Source: an uncultured Sulfurimonas sp. (GTDB lineage Bacteria; Campylobacterota; Campylobacteria; Campylobacterales; Sulfurimonadaceae). From it: a stretch of 49,653 nucleotides of DNA. Position 1 is the first letter of the stretch, and each line of letters starts with the position of its first letter. This document shows, in pieces, positions 1-9,829 of the stretch. Where the stretch lies: NCBI GenBank assembly GCA_937914675.1, contig CALDOC010000326.1, positions 1 to 49,653 on the forward strand, read 5' to 3'. The notes under the pieces were generated by a model, which was not told the origin of the DNA, searched no databases, and was given only the letters and a program-made list of their open reading frames with translations. The position numbers and the translations under genes are program-made.

Positions 1-1031
1 TTTCGTATCGCTTTTTGCACAGATTCATCATCTATGTGACCATAAAAATCCATAAAGAACCAGTATCCAAAACCACTTTTGTCTTTAGATGGACGAGACT
101 CTATTTTTGACAAGTTAATCTTTTCATTATTAAAATCTTCCAAAAATCTCACCAATGAACCCGCTTCAACGCCATCTTCCAAACGAACTAATATAGACGT
201 TTTGTCATGTTCGCTGATGGCGTTTTTAAAATTACTTAAAATCACAAAACGAGTGCTATTGTCCATAGCGTCTTCAATGTTTTCAAAGAGAGTTGGCAAT
301 TCATATAACTTAGCGGCTATATGCGAACAAATTGCCGCGGTGTGCGGCTCTTTAGCCGCCAATATCGCCGCTGTCGCAGTTGATTCCACTGGAACGTGTT
401 CAACGTTCATAAGTCCATGTTCTAGCAAAAACTCTCGACATTGACCAAAGCCCTTGTCTTTTGAATATATCTTAGTGATTTTTTCCAGTTTTTCTTCTTT
501 AGTGGCAAAAGACATATGAATCGGCATATAAAGTTCGGCAACTATTTTCACAGAACTTTTGGCCAAATAGTCTAAAGTTTCTCCAACGATTCCGTCGCGT
601 GAATTTTCGATTGGAACTACGCCAAATTTCGCGCGTCCTGACTCTAAAGTGGAAAAAACCGCATGAATGGAGTTTAAAGACAAGTATTCGCTCATTCCGC
701 CAAAACGACTCTCCGCCGCTTGATGAGTGAAGCTTCCCTCGGGTCCAAGATACGCGATGCGTTCTGGCAATTCAAGATTGCGAGCCACCGCGAATATTTC
801 CAAAAATACGGCCTCGATCGCGCCTTTGTTCAATATTCCGTTTTGCTCTTTGCTTAAGCCGTTTAGCCTATCAATTATTTCTTTTTCGCGTTCCGGTCTA
901 TAAATGGCGGTACCGGTTTCATGTTTAATCTTACCAACTTGTTCAACAACTTTCATGCGTTTGTTAAGAAGTATTAGTATCTCATTGTCTATCGTATCTA
1001 TCTCGTTTCTACAATCTTGTAAAGTTTTCAT
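1..1031 (-). CDS. pheA: Bifunctional chorismate mutase/prephenate dehydratase (P-protein), 3'-truncated by window edge
   Basis: Not in the ORF track because no stop lies in the window. Translated by eye from ATG at 1031 (ATGA overlap with upstream gene stop): MKTLQDCRNEIDTIDNEILILLNKR...IYRPERE...AYLGPEGSFTHQAA...GVVPIENS...NSTRFVIL...INLSKIESRP, all PheA motifs. Confidence 0.93.
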   Translation of the reverse strand, partial: MKTLQDCRNEIDTIDNEILILLNKRMKVVEQVGKIKHETGTAIYRPEREKEIIDRLNGLSKEQNGILNKGAIEAVFLEIFAVARNLELPERIAYLGPEGSFTHQAAESRFGGMSEYLSLNSIHAVFSTLESGRAKFGVVPIENSRDGIVGETLDYLAKSSVKIVAELYMPIHMSFATKEEKLEKITKIYSKDKGFGQCREFLLEHGLMNVEHVPVESTATAAILAAKEPHTAAICSHIAAKLYELPTLFENIEDAMDNSTRFVILSNFKNAISEHDKTSILVRLEDGVEAGSLVRFLEDFNNEKINLSKIESRPSKDKSGFGYWFFMDFYGHIDDESVQKAIR

Positions 1032-1804
1032 ATATTCTCCAGTATCTCTTGCATATCGCTATAAATTAAGTCTGGTTTGAGATTCTCATCCAAAAATGGC
1101 ACTATTTCTTGCGATGTTTTATACTTTCCACTCGTTACAAAAATAGTTTTCATTCCCAACTCTTTCGCGCCACCTAAATCACCCTTGACATCGTCGCTTA
1201 TTATTGTAACGTCACTAAAATTGGCGTTGGAATTTTGTTTTTTTAACATTCGCAAAGCCTCTTTGTAAAAGGTTTCACTAGGCTTTCCAACAACTTCATA
1301 ACTCGTTGAAGTGGCAAATTCCAAAAGTTTTAAAATTGCTCCCACTCCAGGATAGCGTTTATTGTTTTTAGCGTAAAGCGAGGTTTCATGCATACCAACC
1401 AAAGAGGCGCCAGACAACAGAAGTTCTATCATTTGAGCGTACTCTTGCGAGTCAAAATTTTCTTTGATGGCCACTAAAACCGTTTTTGGCGTTTCATAGT
1501 TTAACTCATAACCCATGTTCACCAAAGTTTCTAAAAATTCGTTTGAGCCATATGCGGCGACGGACTCTTTGGAAACGCGAGATTCCAATAACATTAAAGG
1601 ATCAAGGTATTTGTCAAAATCGAAATTAAAACCTAACTTAATTAAAAAGTCGTAAAATTCCACAGACTTTTTTTTTGTATTATTTGTGATTATCGCGTAT
1701 GGAATTTTTTTTTCGTTTAGCATGTCTATGAATTCAACGCTTCCACGAATGGGCGTTTTATCCACGTCGCTTATTAAAGTGCCTTGAACGTCAATAAAAT
1801 ACAA
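1028..1804 (-). CDS. HAD-superfamily subfamily IIA hydrolase (LHPP/NagD-like)
   Basis: Motif I FIDVQGTL, ITNN, GKP, and motif IV SDDVKGD...GAKELGM...VTSGKY. Confidence 0.85.
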   Translation of the reverse strand: MYFIDVQGTLISDVDKTPIRGSVEFIDMLNEKKIPYAIITNNTKKKSVEFYDFLIKLGFNFDFDKYLDPLMLLESRVSKESVAAYGSNEFLETLVNMGYELNYETPKTVLVAIKENFDSQEYAQMIELLLSGASLVGMHETSLYAKNNKRYPGVGAILKLLEFATSTSYEVVGKPSETFYKEALRMLKKQNSNANFSDVTIISDDVKGDLGGAKELGMKTIFVTSGKYKTSQEIVPFLDENLKPDLIYSDMQEILENI

Positions 1805-1813
1805 TGAAAGTTC

Positions 1814-3022
1814 CTAGTCCAAAAACTCTTGCTCTAAAGCAATTAAATCTTCAAAAGTTTCACGTTTTCTAATAAGTTTTACTTCTCCATTCTTCAGAGC
1901 GACTTCCGCGCTTCGCCCACGGGTGTTGTAGTTGCTTCCCATGCCAAAACCGTAAGCGCCAGCGCTATGAACGACAACTAAATCATTATGAGCCAATTCT
2001 GGCAATTGATAATTTTTTGCAAAAAAATCTCCACTCTCGCAAACGGGACCAACGATGTCAACGGCTCTCGTTTCGCCAGTAGACACCGTTATCGCCTCAA
2101 TTTTATGATAAGCGCCATAAAGAGCGGGACGCAAAAGGTCATTCATGGCGCCATCGACGACTACGAATTTTCTAGCCCCGTTTTGTTTTTCATAAAGAAC
2201 TTTGCTTACAAAATAACCGGCGTTTGCGGTCAAGAATCTTCCCGGTTCGCAAATAATGGTTAAATCCAAGGCTCTTAAAGTCCCTAAAATTGCTTGCGCG
2301 TACTCATAAGGTTCAATGAGCGTCTCGTTGTCGTATCTAACGCCCAATCCACCACCGATATCAAAGAACTTCAACTCTATTTTAATCTTACTAAGAGAGC
2401 GAACCAAGTCCGCCACGATTTCCGCCGACTCGCGGATCGGAGTGAGCTCGGTTAGTTGAGAACCAATGTGAAAGTGAATTCCAACTGGATCTAAATGTAA
2501 AGAGTTGTTCGCTTGAATGTACATTCTTTTTGCGGTTGAGAGATCAACTCCAAATTTATTGTCATGAAGTCCCGTTGAGATGTAAGGATGCGTTTTGGGA
2601 TCTATGTTTGGATTTACTCTAACGCTTATGCGAGCCTTTGCGTTTAACTCCTCCGCGATCATTTCTACGCGACCAAGTTCAGCTTCGCTTTCAACGTTGA
2701 TGTATAAGATGTCTTTCTCTAAAGCTTCTCGAATTTCAGAGTCGCTCTTTCCAACGCCAGAAAAAATTATTTTATACGCTGGAACTCCAGCTAAAAACGC
2801 GCGGCGCACCTCGCCAATTGAAACGCAATCCGCTCCACTACCCATTTTCGCGAAATGCTGAACGACGCTTAAATTTGAATTGGCCTTGACGGCGTAAGCC
2901 ACTATGGATTTTCTACCTCTAAAAGCCTCTTTGAGTTTATCAAATTGTTTTGTCATATAGTCAAAATCATAAACGTACAAGGGGGTTTTATATTCGTTTG
3001 TCAATGCTCTAAAGTCAATCAT
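1814..3022 (-). CDS. lysA: Diaminopimelate decarboxylase
   Basis: TPLYVYD, YAVKAN (PLP lysine), HFHIGSQ, EPGR, GPVCESGD, GAYG..M.SNYN. Confidence 0.97.
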   Translation of the reverse strand: MIDFRALTNEYKTPLYVYDFDYMTKQFDKLKEAFRGRKSIVAYAVKANSNLSVVQHFAKMGSGADCVSIGEVRRAFLAGVPAYKIIFSGVGKSDSEIREALEKDILYINVESEAELGRVEMIAEELNAKARISVRVNPNIDPKTHPYISTGLHDNKFGVDLSTAKRMYIQANNSLHLDPVGIHFHIGSQLTELTPIRESAEIVADLVRSLSKIKIELKFFDIGGGLGVRYDNETLIEPYEYAQAILGTLRALDLTIICEPGRFLTANAGYFVSKVLYEKQNGARKFVVVDGAMNDLLRPALYGAYHKIEAITVSTGETRAVDIVGPVCESGDFFAKNYQLPELAHNDLVVVHSAGAYGFGMGSNYNTRGRSAEVALKNGEVKLIRKRETFEDLIALEQEFLD

Positions 3023-3074
3023 AAAATGTCCAAAATATTTTTTGGCATTCTATCTAAAAACTACTTATAACTCA

Positions 3075-4148
3075 CTAAGAAGTTGAAAAGCGGTAATGTC
3101 TGTACTGTCGTAAAGCTATTAAAAACAGTATTGCAATTGGCATTATAACGCCAATTTCACTTGGGATCGTTTTATTGTTCGCCAACTCAATCAACATAAA
3201 TAAAATTCCCCACACTAACAACGTCGCCAATATCGCGGCAAAACTAAAAAGGGAAACGTTTAAAAATCTAACGCTAATAGGCACAAAGAAAAAAATTATC
3301 ACAACCATGCATGGAACAAAAAATGGATATACGAATATCCTATATAAGGCTCCTTTAATGCTGCTTGTGTTTATATTTTGCTTGTCCAAAAGGATTATGG
3401 CGTCTATGGCGTTCTTAATCGTAAAATTCACTTTGCCCTCATAGACTTGATCAAGCATTTTTGGTCGAAAATCTTTCAAGATGTTTAAATCTTTGGATAA
3501 AGTGACTTTCATCCCCAAAGAATCAAAATCCAGCTTATCGGGTTTCATTATTATATCCGCGTTTTTAATATGCCAATATTCATCTCTGTAAATGGCTTCT
3601 TTTGCTATTAAGACCTCTTTTAAAGAGTCGTTTTCAACGCTAAAAACGCGAATCCCTTCGGCTTTTTCTTGAAGGGGAAGCATCCTTGAAAAATATATGT
3701 ATTGTCCTTGGTAGGTAAAAAAAAGGTCTCTTGTGGGATTTAAATATTGTGAATGACTACGGATATTGTCAGAAAATTCATTTGCCCTTGAGAAACTAGA
3801 GAATGAGTGGAGTCCAATAAAGACCAATATCATAAAAGTTGACAAGACGACAAAAGGACGCAAAACATCCACTCTAGAGTAACCAAGCGAATAAAAAGAG
3901 ACTAAAGCGTTAGATCGAATTAAGTACACTTTAGTTGAAATCATAGCGAAAACCAAAGCCAAAGGAACGAGCATGTCTATCGCGTAAAAAGATTTATATA
4001 CCAAATAAATCAGTAGTAAGTTGGCGGATTTGGACAATTGATCGGCGTATTGCATATAATCAAATCCAACCATGAACATAAGCAGAGCAATCAAAATAAT
4101 AAAAAAATATCTTAAATAATGAAATGAAATGTATTTAAAGGCTAGCAT
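3075..4148 (-). CDS. LptF/LptG-family LPS export permease
   Basis: Three N-terminal TM segments, a periplasmic beta-rich domain and three C-terminal TM segments; 357 aa; SLGYSR motif typical of the YjgP/YjgQ family. Confidence 0.85.
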   Translation of the reverse strand: MLAFKYISFHYLRYFFIILIALLMFMVGFDYMQYADQLSKSANLLLIYLVYKSFYAIDMLVPLALVFAMISTKVYLIRSNALVSFYSLGYSRVDVLRPFVVLSTFMILVFIGLHSFSSFSRANEFSDNIRSHSQYLNPTRDLFFTYQGQYIYFSRMLPLQEKAEGIRVFSVENDSLKEVLIAKEAIYRDEYWHIKNADIIMKPDKLDFDSLGMKVTLSKDLNILKDFRPKMLDQVYEGKVNFTIKNAIDAIILLDKQNINTSSIKGALYRIFVYPFFVPCMVVIIFFFVPISVRFLNVSLFSFAAILATLLVWGILFMLIELANNKTIPSEIGVIMPIAILFLIALRQYRHYRFSTS

Positions 4149-4152
4149 AATC

Positions 4153-4710
4153 TTATTTTATAGGAATTTGTTTAATTGTATGCAAGGAACTTACGTCTTC
4201 CAATGAAGTTGTCAATAAAGACTCTATGGCTTCGCAAGTTTTTTTTATCCATTCACTCATGAGTTTCTCTTCTTCTTGAGAAAACCGCCCTAACACATAT
4301 GAAGTTATTTCGCCTTTACGCTCAGGTTTTCCTATTCCCATTCTAACCCTAGCGTACTCTTTCGAGATTCTCTCATCGGTGGATTTTAGACCGTTATGTC
4401 CACCATGCCCGCCACCATGTTTAAAGCGAAGCGAGCCAAAGGGTAAATCTAAATCATCATGTATTACAACGACTTCTTCTATTTTGTAAAAATTCTTAAC
4501 TGCGACGATAGCGTTGCCAGAAAGATTCATAAAAGTGAGTGGTTTTAATAAAAAATGATTTTTGAATTTATACAGTTCGCCATTAAATGACGAAGAAGAG
4601 AGTTTTTTCGCGTTTTGTCTTACTATAAGCTCGTCTATAACCATAAAGCCAATATTATGGCGAGTTCTTTCATACTCGGAACCAGGATTCCCTAGTCCGA
4701 CTATAAGCAT
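4153..4710 (-). CDS. pth: Peptidyl-tRNA hydrolase
   Basis: LIVGLGNPG..Y..TRHNIGF, KPLTFMNLSG, HDDLD, GGHNGLKS. Confidence 0.98.
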   Translation of the reverse strand: MLIVGLGNPGSEYERTRHNIGFMVIDELIVRQNAKKLSSSSFNGELYKFKNHFLLKPLTFMNLSGNAIVAVKNFYKIEEVVVIHDDLDLPFGSLRFKHGGGHGGHNGLKSTDERISKEYARVRMGIGKPERKGEITSYVLGRFSQEEEKLMSEWIKKTCEAIESLLTTSLEDVSSLHTIKQIPIK

Positions 4711-4712
4711 GA

Positions 4713-5249
4713 TTATTTAGCTTTAATAATACTTACTACAGCTACGCGATCAGCGTCTAGCATAGTAACGTTAGGAATAGCTTCTAAATCACGAATTAAT
4801 TTAGAATCGCCAGTATCCATGTTTGTAACGTCTATTTCAAAAGAATTAGGCACGTTTTCAATTGCGCCTTTAACCGTTAAACGAGGTTTTGCTTTATGAA
4901 CAAGACCTTTGTTCTTAAGACCTTTCGCTTCGCCAACTGTCACTACTGGCACGTTATAAGTAGTAACAACTCCTGGTTGAGCCACCATTAAATCAACATG
5001 TAAAAGAATTCCCGTAACCGCTTGTGACTCATACGACTGAACAACGACGTTCATCTCCGCGCCAGCGATACTTACTGGGAACGCTAAAGTTCCTTTATTA
5101 CGAACAGTACGGATGTATTCATTCATTTTGAACGCGGCGTTGATATTTTCAAGACCTTTTCCGTAAATATTCGCAATTAGATAACCATCACGGCGAAGCG
5201 TTTTTGTAGTTTGCTTGCCAGTACTCTCTCTAACTATACCTTCTAACAT
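4713..5249 (-). CDS. rplY: 50S ribosomal protein L25/Ctc
   Basis: [17 protein letters not shown]; adjacent to pth. Start moved from the ORF-track 5291 to ATG at 5249, which has an AAGGA RBS. Confidence 0.93.
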   Translation of the reverse strand: MLEGIVRESTGKQTTKTLRRDGYLIANIYGKGLENINAAFKMNEYIRTVRNKGTLAFPVSIAGAEMNVVVQSYESQAVTGILLHVDLMVAQPGVVTTYNVPVVTVGEAKGLKNKGLVHKAKPRLTVKGAIENVPNSFEIDVTNMDTGDSKLIRDLEAIPNVTMLDADRVAVVSIIKAK

Positions 5250-5280
5250 ATTAATTCCTTGTGTTTTAAAAATGAGTGGC

Positions 5281-5290
5281 ATTGTAGCCA
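5281..5290 (-). promoter_or_regulatory. Putative sigma70 -10 box (TGGCTACAAT) for rplY-pth-lpt
   Basis: TACAAT hexamer about 30 nt upstream of the rplY start, preceded by an AT-rich stretch. Confidence 0.4.
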
Positions 5291-5305
5291 TATATGATTT
5301 AAACT

Positions 5306-6487
5306 TTACTTTAATTGAAAAATATCATCATCTTCAGTGTAACTCTTAGCGTTAGCGTTCACACTGGTTTCAGAAATGCCGCCACTTGTAAGTCCACTCA
5401 TTTTAAGCTCTAAATCGGCTGAGCTAGTAGCGTTTTCCAATGCTCTTTCTTTAGAAATAACCCCATTATCGTATAACTCCAAAAGAGCTTGATCAAAACT
5501 TTGAGATTTGTAGTGTTCTCTACCCTTTTCTATAGTGTCTCGTATTTCATAATCACGGTTTTCCATAATTAATTTTTCAACTGTTGGCGTTCGAACGAGC
5601 ACTTCCAAAGCCGCACGTCGTCCACCATCGATCGTCGGCACTAAACGCTGAGATATAATTCCTTGTATAACTCCCGCGACTGAGAGTCTTACTCGATTTT
5701 GCTCCTCTGTGGGAAATTGCGCGATAATACGATTTATAGTCTCTTTAGCGTCTATGGTATGCAAAGTTGAGAAGACCAAGTGTCCAGTGTCCGCTGCGTG
5801 AAGAGCGAGATTAATAGTTTCTTTATCCCTCATCTCTCCAACCAAAATAATATCTGGATCTTCACGAAGAGCCGCGCGAAGGGCCATGCCAAACGATAGA
5901 GTGTCTTGACCGACTGAACGTTGATTAATGATGCAACCTCTATCTTTATGAACAAATTCTATTGGATCTTCTATTGTAATGATGTGCTTTCTTTGCGTCA
6001 AGTTTATCTCGTTAATAAGAGTTGCCAACGTAGTTGATTTTCCACTACCGGTCACTCCCGTCACCAAAACCAAGCCTCTCTCTTTTTGCGTAAAAGTTTT
6101 CAATACTTCGGGAAGCTTCAACTCCGCAAATGATGGAATTTTAACAGGGATAACGCGAAAAACGGCAGAAATTCCATCCATTTGGAAAAACACGTTTACG
6201 CGAAAACGATTTCTTTCATCATAAGGATAAACTAAATCCAACTCTTTTTTTTCAACAAACTCCGCAAATCTACCCTTTAAAAGTTCTTTGGCGAAAGTTA
6301 GCGCGTCTGAGGGAGAGAGAACTCCTCCAGAAAATTGAACGATTTTTCCTTGTATTCTAGCTCTAATTACGGCGTTTGCTTTGACATGAAGATCGCTGCC
6401 TCCATTGTCAATCAGCTTTTTAAGATACGCTCTAACTTTAGTAAGTTGCTCGAAAGTTAGCTGACTTACGTCTACTTCACTACTCAT
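5306..6487 (-). CDS. pilT: PilT/PilU-family type IV pilus retraction ATPase
   Basis: GSDLH, RFRVNVF, Walker [43 protein letters not shown]. Confidence 0.88.
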   Translation of the reverse strand: MSSEVDVSQLTFEQLTKVRAYLKKLIDNGGSDLHVKANAVIRARIQGKIVQFSGGVLSPSDALTFAKELLKGRFAEFVEKKELDLVYPYDERNRFRVNVFFQMDGISAVFRVIPVKIPSFAELKLPEVLKTFTQKERGLVLVTGVTGSGKSTTLATLINEINLTQRKHIITIEDPIEFVHKDRGCIINQRSVGQDTLSFGMALRAALREDPDIILVGEMRDKETINLALHAADTGHLVFSTLHTIDAKETINRIIAQFPTEEQNRVRLSVAGVIQGIISQRLVPTIDGGRRAALEVLVRTPTVEKLIMENRDYEIRDTIEKGREHYKSQSFDQALLELYDNGVISKERALENATSSADLELKMSGLTSGGISETSVNANAKSYTEDDDIFQLK

Positions 6488-7464
6488 AACGCATCCAATA
6501 TATCGCTAAACGCTTCTTTAAAACTTGCCAAGCCATCTGCAATTTGCTTATCTAAAACCTCATCTAAGTTAATTCCCGCATTTTTGATCTTAGTAAAATG
6601 AGCTTCTATCACGGTTGACGCAATTGGCAAAGCCCGTTCTTTTGCGCCATTTGAATGGTACGCTTTTATTGTATCTATCGGAGCCGTGTTTACGCTATTG
6701 TACGCTAAGAGTCGTTCTATGTAATAGTGTGGCGCAAGCGAGTCGTCTTTGACTCCCGTACTCGCAAAAAGAACTCGACACGAGTCGACTTGAGTCTCTT
6801 GTACTCTAGCGTATATGTCCGCAGAGTTATAGACTCCAGTGAGCGCGACGTCTACCCCTTTCATTTGAAGTCGCTCGTCCAAAGCGCGGTCAACCCTACT
6901 TACGAATACGCTAATAACCGTGTTTACGCTTTTTCCAAGAATCGCGCTTCCCTCTTTAAAAGCGTTCGCGCATGAAAGCGCTTGTTCTTTTTTAAAAACA
7001 AGCGTCGCGTTTACGGGAATCCCCACTGAAGTCAACTCCTTCATTGCGATATATCCCGCAGGCGTCGCTGGGACTTTTATCATAACGTTTTCTCTATTGA
7101 TGCTAGAGAAAAGTCTTTTTCCTTCCGCTACGCTGGCGTCCGCGTCATCGCAATAAAATGGATCGACTTCAATGCTTACGTAACCATCGTCGCCTTTATC
7201 AAAAAGAGGCTTTAAAACGTCCGCGGCTTTTGTTATGTCATACATTGCGATCGCTTCGTACTTTGCTTTTGCGTCTAGGCCGCGCAAAGATTCTATTTGC
7301 GTTTTATACGCTAGAGAATTTAAGATCGCGTTTTTAAATATGGCTGGATTTGACGTCGCCCCATTTACAATCCCCTCATTTATCAAATCTTTAAATTCAT
7401 GGTCCAAAAAATCTCTTTCAATAAAATCGGCCCACAACGAAAACTTCAAATTTTCTATATACAT
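6484..7464 (-). CDS. tal: Transaldolase
   Basis: LWADF, GATSNPAIF, VSIEVDP, MIKVPAT (Schiff-base Lys), VNATLVF, SVFVSRVD, FASTGVK. Confidence 0.93.
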   Translation of the reverse strand: MYIENLKFSLWADFIERDFLDHEFKDLINEGIVNGATSNPAIFKNAILNSLAYKTQIESLRGLDAKAKYEAIAMYDITKAADVLKPLFDKGDDGYVSIEVDPFYCDDADASVAEGKRLFSSINRENVMIKVPATPAGYIAMKELTSVGIPVNATLVFKKEQALSCANAFKEGSAILGKSVNTVISVFVSRVDRALDERLQMKGVDVALTGVYNSADIYARVQETQVDSCRVLFASTGVKDDSLAPHYYIERLLAYNSVNTAPIDTIKAYHSNGAKERALPIASTVIEAHFTKIKNAGINLDEVLDKQIADGLASFKEAFSDILDAL

Positions 7465-7492
7465 ATTTAATTCCTAATATTTATCTCCGTTT

Positions 7493-7498
7493 ATTATA
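7493..7498 (-). promoter_or_regulatory. Putative sigma70 -10 box (TATAAT) for tal-pilT
   Basis: Perfect TATAAT about 29 nt upstream of the tal ATG; AGGA RBS lies between them. Confidence 0.5.
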
Positions 7499-7574
7499 TC
7501 CCAATAAGAATAAAATCAAAAGATGGATTTCCGTTAATCCATACGCTAACGCATCTGACATGTAGGCGTAAAAA

Positions 7575-7610
7575 AGTTTCAAAAACGCTCTGAATTATGA
7601 GAGCGTTTTT
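7575..7610 (-). terminator. Probable intrinsic terminator overlapping the kinase stop codon
   Basis: 11-bp inverted repeat AAAAACGCTCT (7581-7591) / AGAGCGTTTTT (7600-7610) with an 8-nt loop. On the minus strand the stem ends in TTTTT and is followed by GAAACTTTTTT. Confidence 0.6.
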
Positions 7611-8866
7611 TTTATTTTCACTTTAAATATTGTTCCCTGAGGTGAAGTATCAACGCCAATAACTCCATCAAACTGTTTTTGAATTATCATTTGACTCATG
7701 TAGAGACCTAAGCCCGTTCCATTTTTGCCTTTTGTGCTAAAGTATGGATCGAATATTTTTGGCAATATCTCTTCACTTATTCCATTGGCGTTATCTTCTA
7801 TAAGGATTGTCGCTTCGTCTTTGTTTTCTTCTATTGAGATAGTGATTTTTGGAGCGTCCAATTCTAGTGAAATTAATACGTCAATGGCGTTATTTATGAT
7901 ATTTAGGGTAACTTGAATAAGTTCATTCATGTACGTCTCGACAAAAATATCTTCATTTTTTATTATTTGAATGTCAATTTTTGTATTTTTGAGTCTTGGC
8001 AGAGCGAACACGACCGCTTTATTTAAAAGTTCATGAAGCTCTATTTTTGTCAACTCTTTATTTGGATGAAAATACGTTTGAAAATCGTCTATGGTATCGG
8101 ATAAATAGACTACCGTGTCGCTAATGTCTTCAAGCGCCTTATCCAATACTTCACTATCCAACTCCTCTCCTAAAAGTTTTTTAATCTGTAAATTCGATAT
8201 GTTAAGAGTTACCGTCGAGAGAGGTTGTCTCCATTGATGAGCGATCATGCTTATCATCTCTCCCATCACCGCTTGTTTGGCTTGATTTTGCAACATAGTT
8301 TGCTGCTTTAATATAAGAGCTTTCACCTCTTCCATCTTAATCTGATAAAAATTAACTATAACTGCAAGGATTACAAGAACAAAAGCGATATAAGTAACTT
8401 GATACAGCGAGTATGAAACTTCAAGGAAAGGTTGCATTGGCGCGACGATTAGCAACGTAATGGTAAGAGTAAACCAATAAATAGCCAACTTCTTACTCTG
8501 TAGATACAACAAAATGATGGGGTACGTAAATAACCATACATGTTTTAAAGAGCTTGGTTCATTCACGTAAACAAGATATAAAAAGAAGAACGTAAATTGA
8601 AACGTTATCAGAGTTGCTACGTTTTTAAATGATTTTTTACATTTTTTCAAAACAAAAAATAAAATTAAATTAACAAATAGAAGAAACACTTCTATCGGTA
8701 TGATATGATAAATTTCTCTAAGGATATTGCCAATAATTCCATACAAAAGTCCTGCGCTTGATAAAACAATTGCAATGTTTATCATCTGGAACTTACTTTT
8801 TATCTCTAATTCAGAGTCGTCAAACACCCAACCACTGGTAAAAAAATTATCAAATTTTAACGTCAT
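7595..8866 (-). CDS. Membrane-bound sensor histidine kinase (about 6 TM, no extracytoplasmic domain)
   Basis: H-box [17 protein letters not shown]-box [28 protein letters not shown]. Confidence 0.92.
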   Translation of the reverse strand: MTLKFDNFFTSGWVFDDSELEIKSKFQMINIAIVLSSAGLLYGIIGNILREIYHIIPIEVFLLFVNLILFFVLKKCKKSFKNVATLITFQFTFFFLYLVYVNEPSSLKHVWLFTYPIILLYLQSKKLAIYWFTLTITLLIVAPMQPFLEVSYSLYQVTYIAFVLVILAVIVNFYQIKMEEVKALILKQQTMLQNQAKQAVMGEMISMIAHQWRQPLSTVTLNISNLQIKKLLGEELDSEVLDKALEDISDTVVYLSDTIDDFQTYFHPNKELTKIELHELLNKAVVFALPRLKNTKIDIQIIKNEDIFVETYMNELIQVTLNIINNAIDVLISLELDAPKITISIEENKDEATILIEDNANGISEEILPKIFDPYFSTKGKNGTGLGLYMSQMIIQKQFDGVIGVDTSPQGTIFKVKIKKTLS

Positions 8867-8881
8867 GTCAAACCCATCCTT

Positions 8882-9820
8882 TTATGGTAAATATATTTTG
8901 TCAAGCAGTTCATGATACTCAGACAAGACGTTGCTATCTAAAGTGACTCCGCCTCCACTTTTATAAACATATCCATCATTCGTTTTTTCTATAAAGCGTA
9001 TCATAACGCCACAATCTAGTTTCTGACCGTCATAGTATCCAAAAACGCCACTAAAGAAACCTCTGTCATACGCTTCAACCTCTTCAATGATTTGTAAAGT
9101 GCTTTTTTTTGGAGTTCCGCTAATGCTTCCAGCGGGAAGAAGCGCCTCAAGTATCGTTCCCATTTTTTCATGCCATTCGTCCCCGACGAAACCACTTATA
9201 TGTGAACTTACTTGAAGAAGATTTTTTTCCCCAGCTTGAACCTCCGTCACGTATCTAAACTCTTCGACCTTGACGTTAGTGGAGACTATGGACAAGTCGT
9301 TTCTGAGTAAATCAACAATCATGACATGTTCAGCCATCTCTTTTGCATCTGCCAAAATTTTTTCTTTCGCGTCGTTTATAGACGCGTCTATAGTGCCCTT
9401 CATAGGATACGCGTGGATTCTATCTTCGTCTATTTGGATGAATTTTTCAGGAGAAAAACAAACGAACTTATCTTTAAAACGCAGCTTGTAATGCGCGTTG
9501 GAGAGAGAATAAATCTCTTTTAAACTCAACTGAGTTTCTATTTTAGTCGCCTGCGTTAAATTCAAAACGTAGGTTTCGCCAGATTTTATTTTATTTATAA
9601 TTTTATTAAACTTTTTTTGGTAGTTCTTAAATGAAACGGGAGTTGATTTGAGATAATTTTTATGCTTTACATAGCTGTAATTTTCATCGATTTGAAACTC
9701 TACGTCTTCTTTTTTTAAGTCTTGGGGTAGAATCACTTTTAATGTTTGCGCTTTAAAATCCGTTATAAATAAAAAAGGTTTTCTCTCTTTGCCTAGAGAA
9801 TTCAAATCACAAAACGTCAT
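8882..9820 (-). CDS. pabB: Aminodeoxychorismate synthase component I (short form)
   Basis: GETYVLNLT, SPEKF, PMKGT, KEMAEHVMIVDLLRNDL, PAGSISGTPK, RGFFSG, GGGVT. Confidence 0.88.
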   Translation of the reverse strand: MTFCDLNSLGKERKPFLFITDFKAQTLKVILPQDLKKEDVEFQIDENYSYVKHKNYLKSTPVSFKNYQKKFNKIINKIKSGETYVLNLTQATKIETQLSLKEIYSLSNAHYKLRFKDKFVCFSPEKFIQIDEDRIHAYPMKGTIDASINDAKEKILADAKEMAEHVMIVDLLRNDLSIVSTNVKVEEFRYVTEVQAGEKNLLQVSSHISGFVGDEWHEKMGTILEALLPAGSISGTPKKSTLQIIEEVEAYDRGFFSGVFGYYDGQKLDCGVMIRFIEKTNDGYVYKSGGGVTLDSNVLSEYHELLDKIYLP

Positions 9821-9829
9821 CGATGCGAA

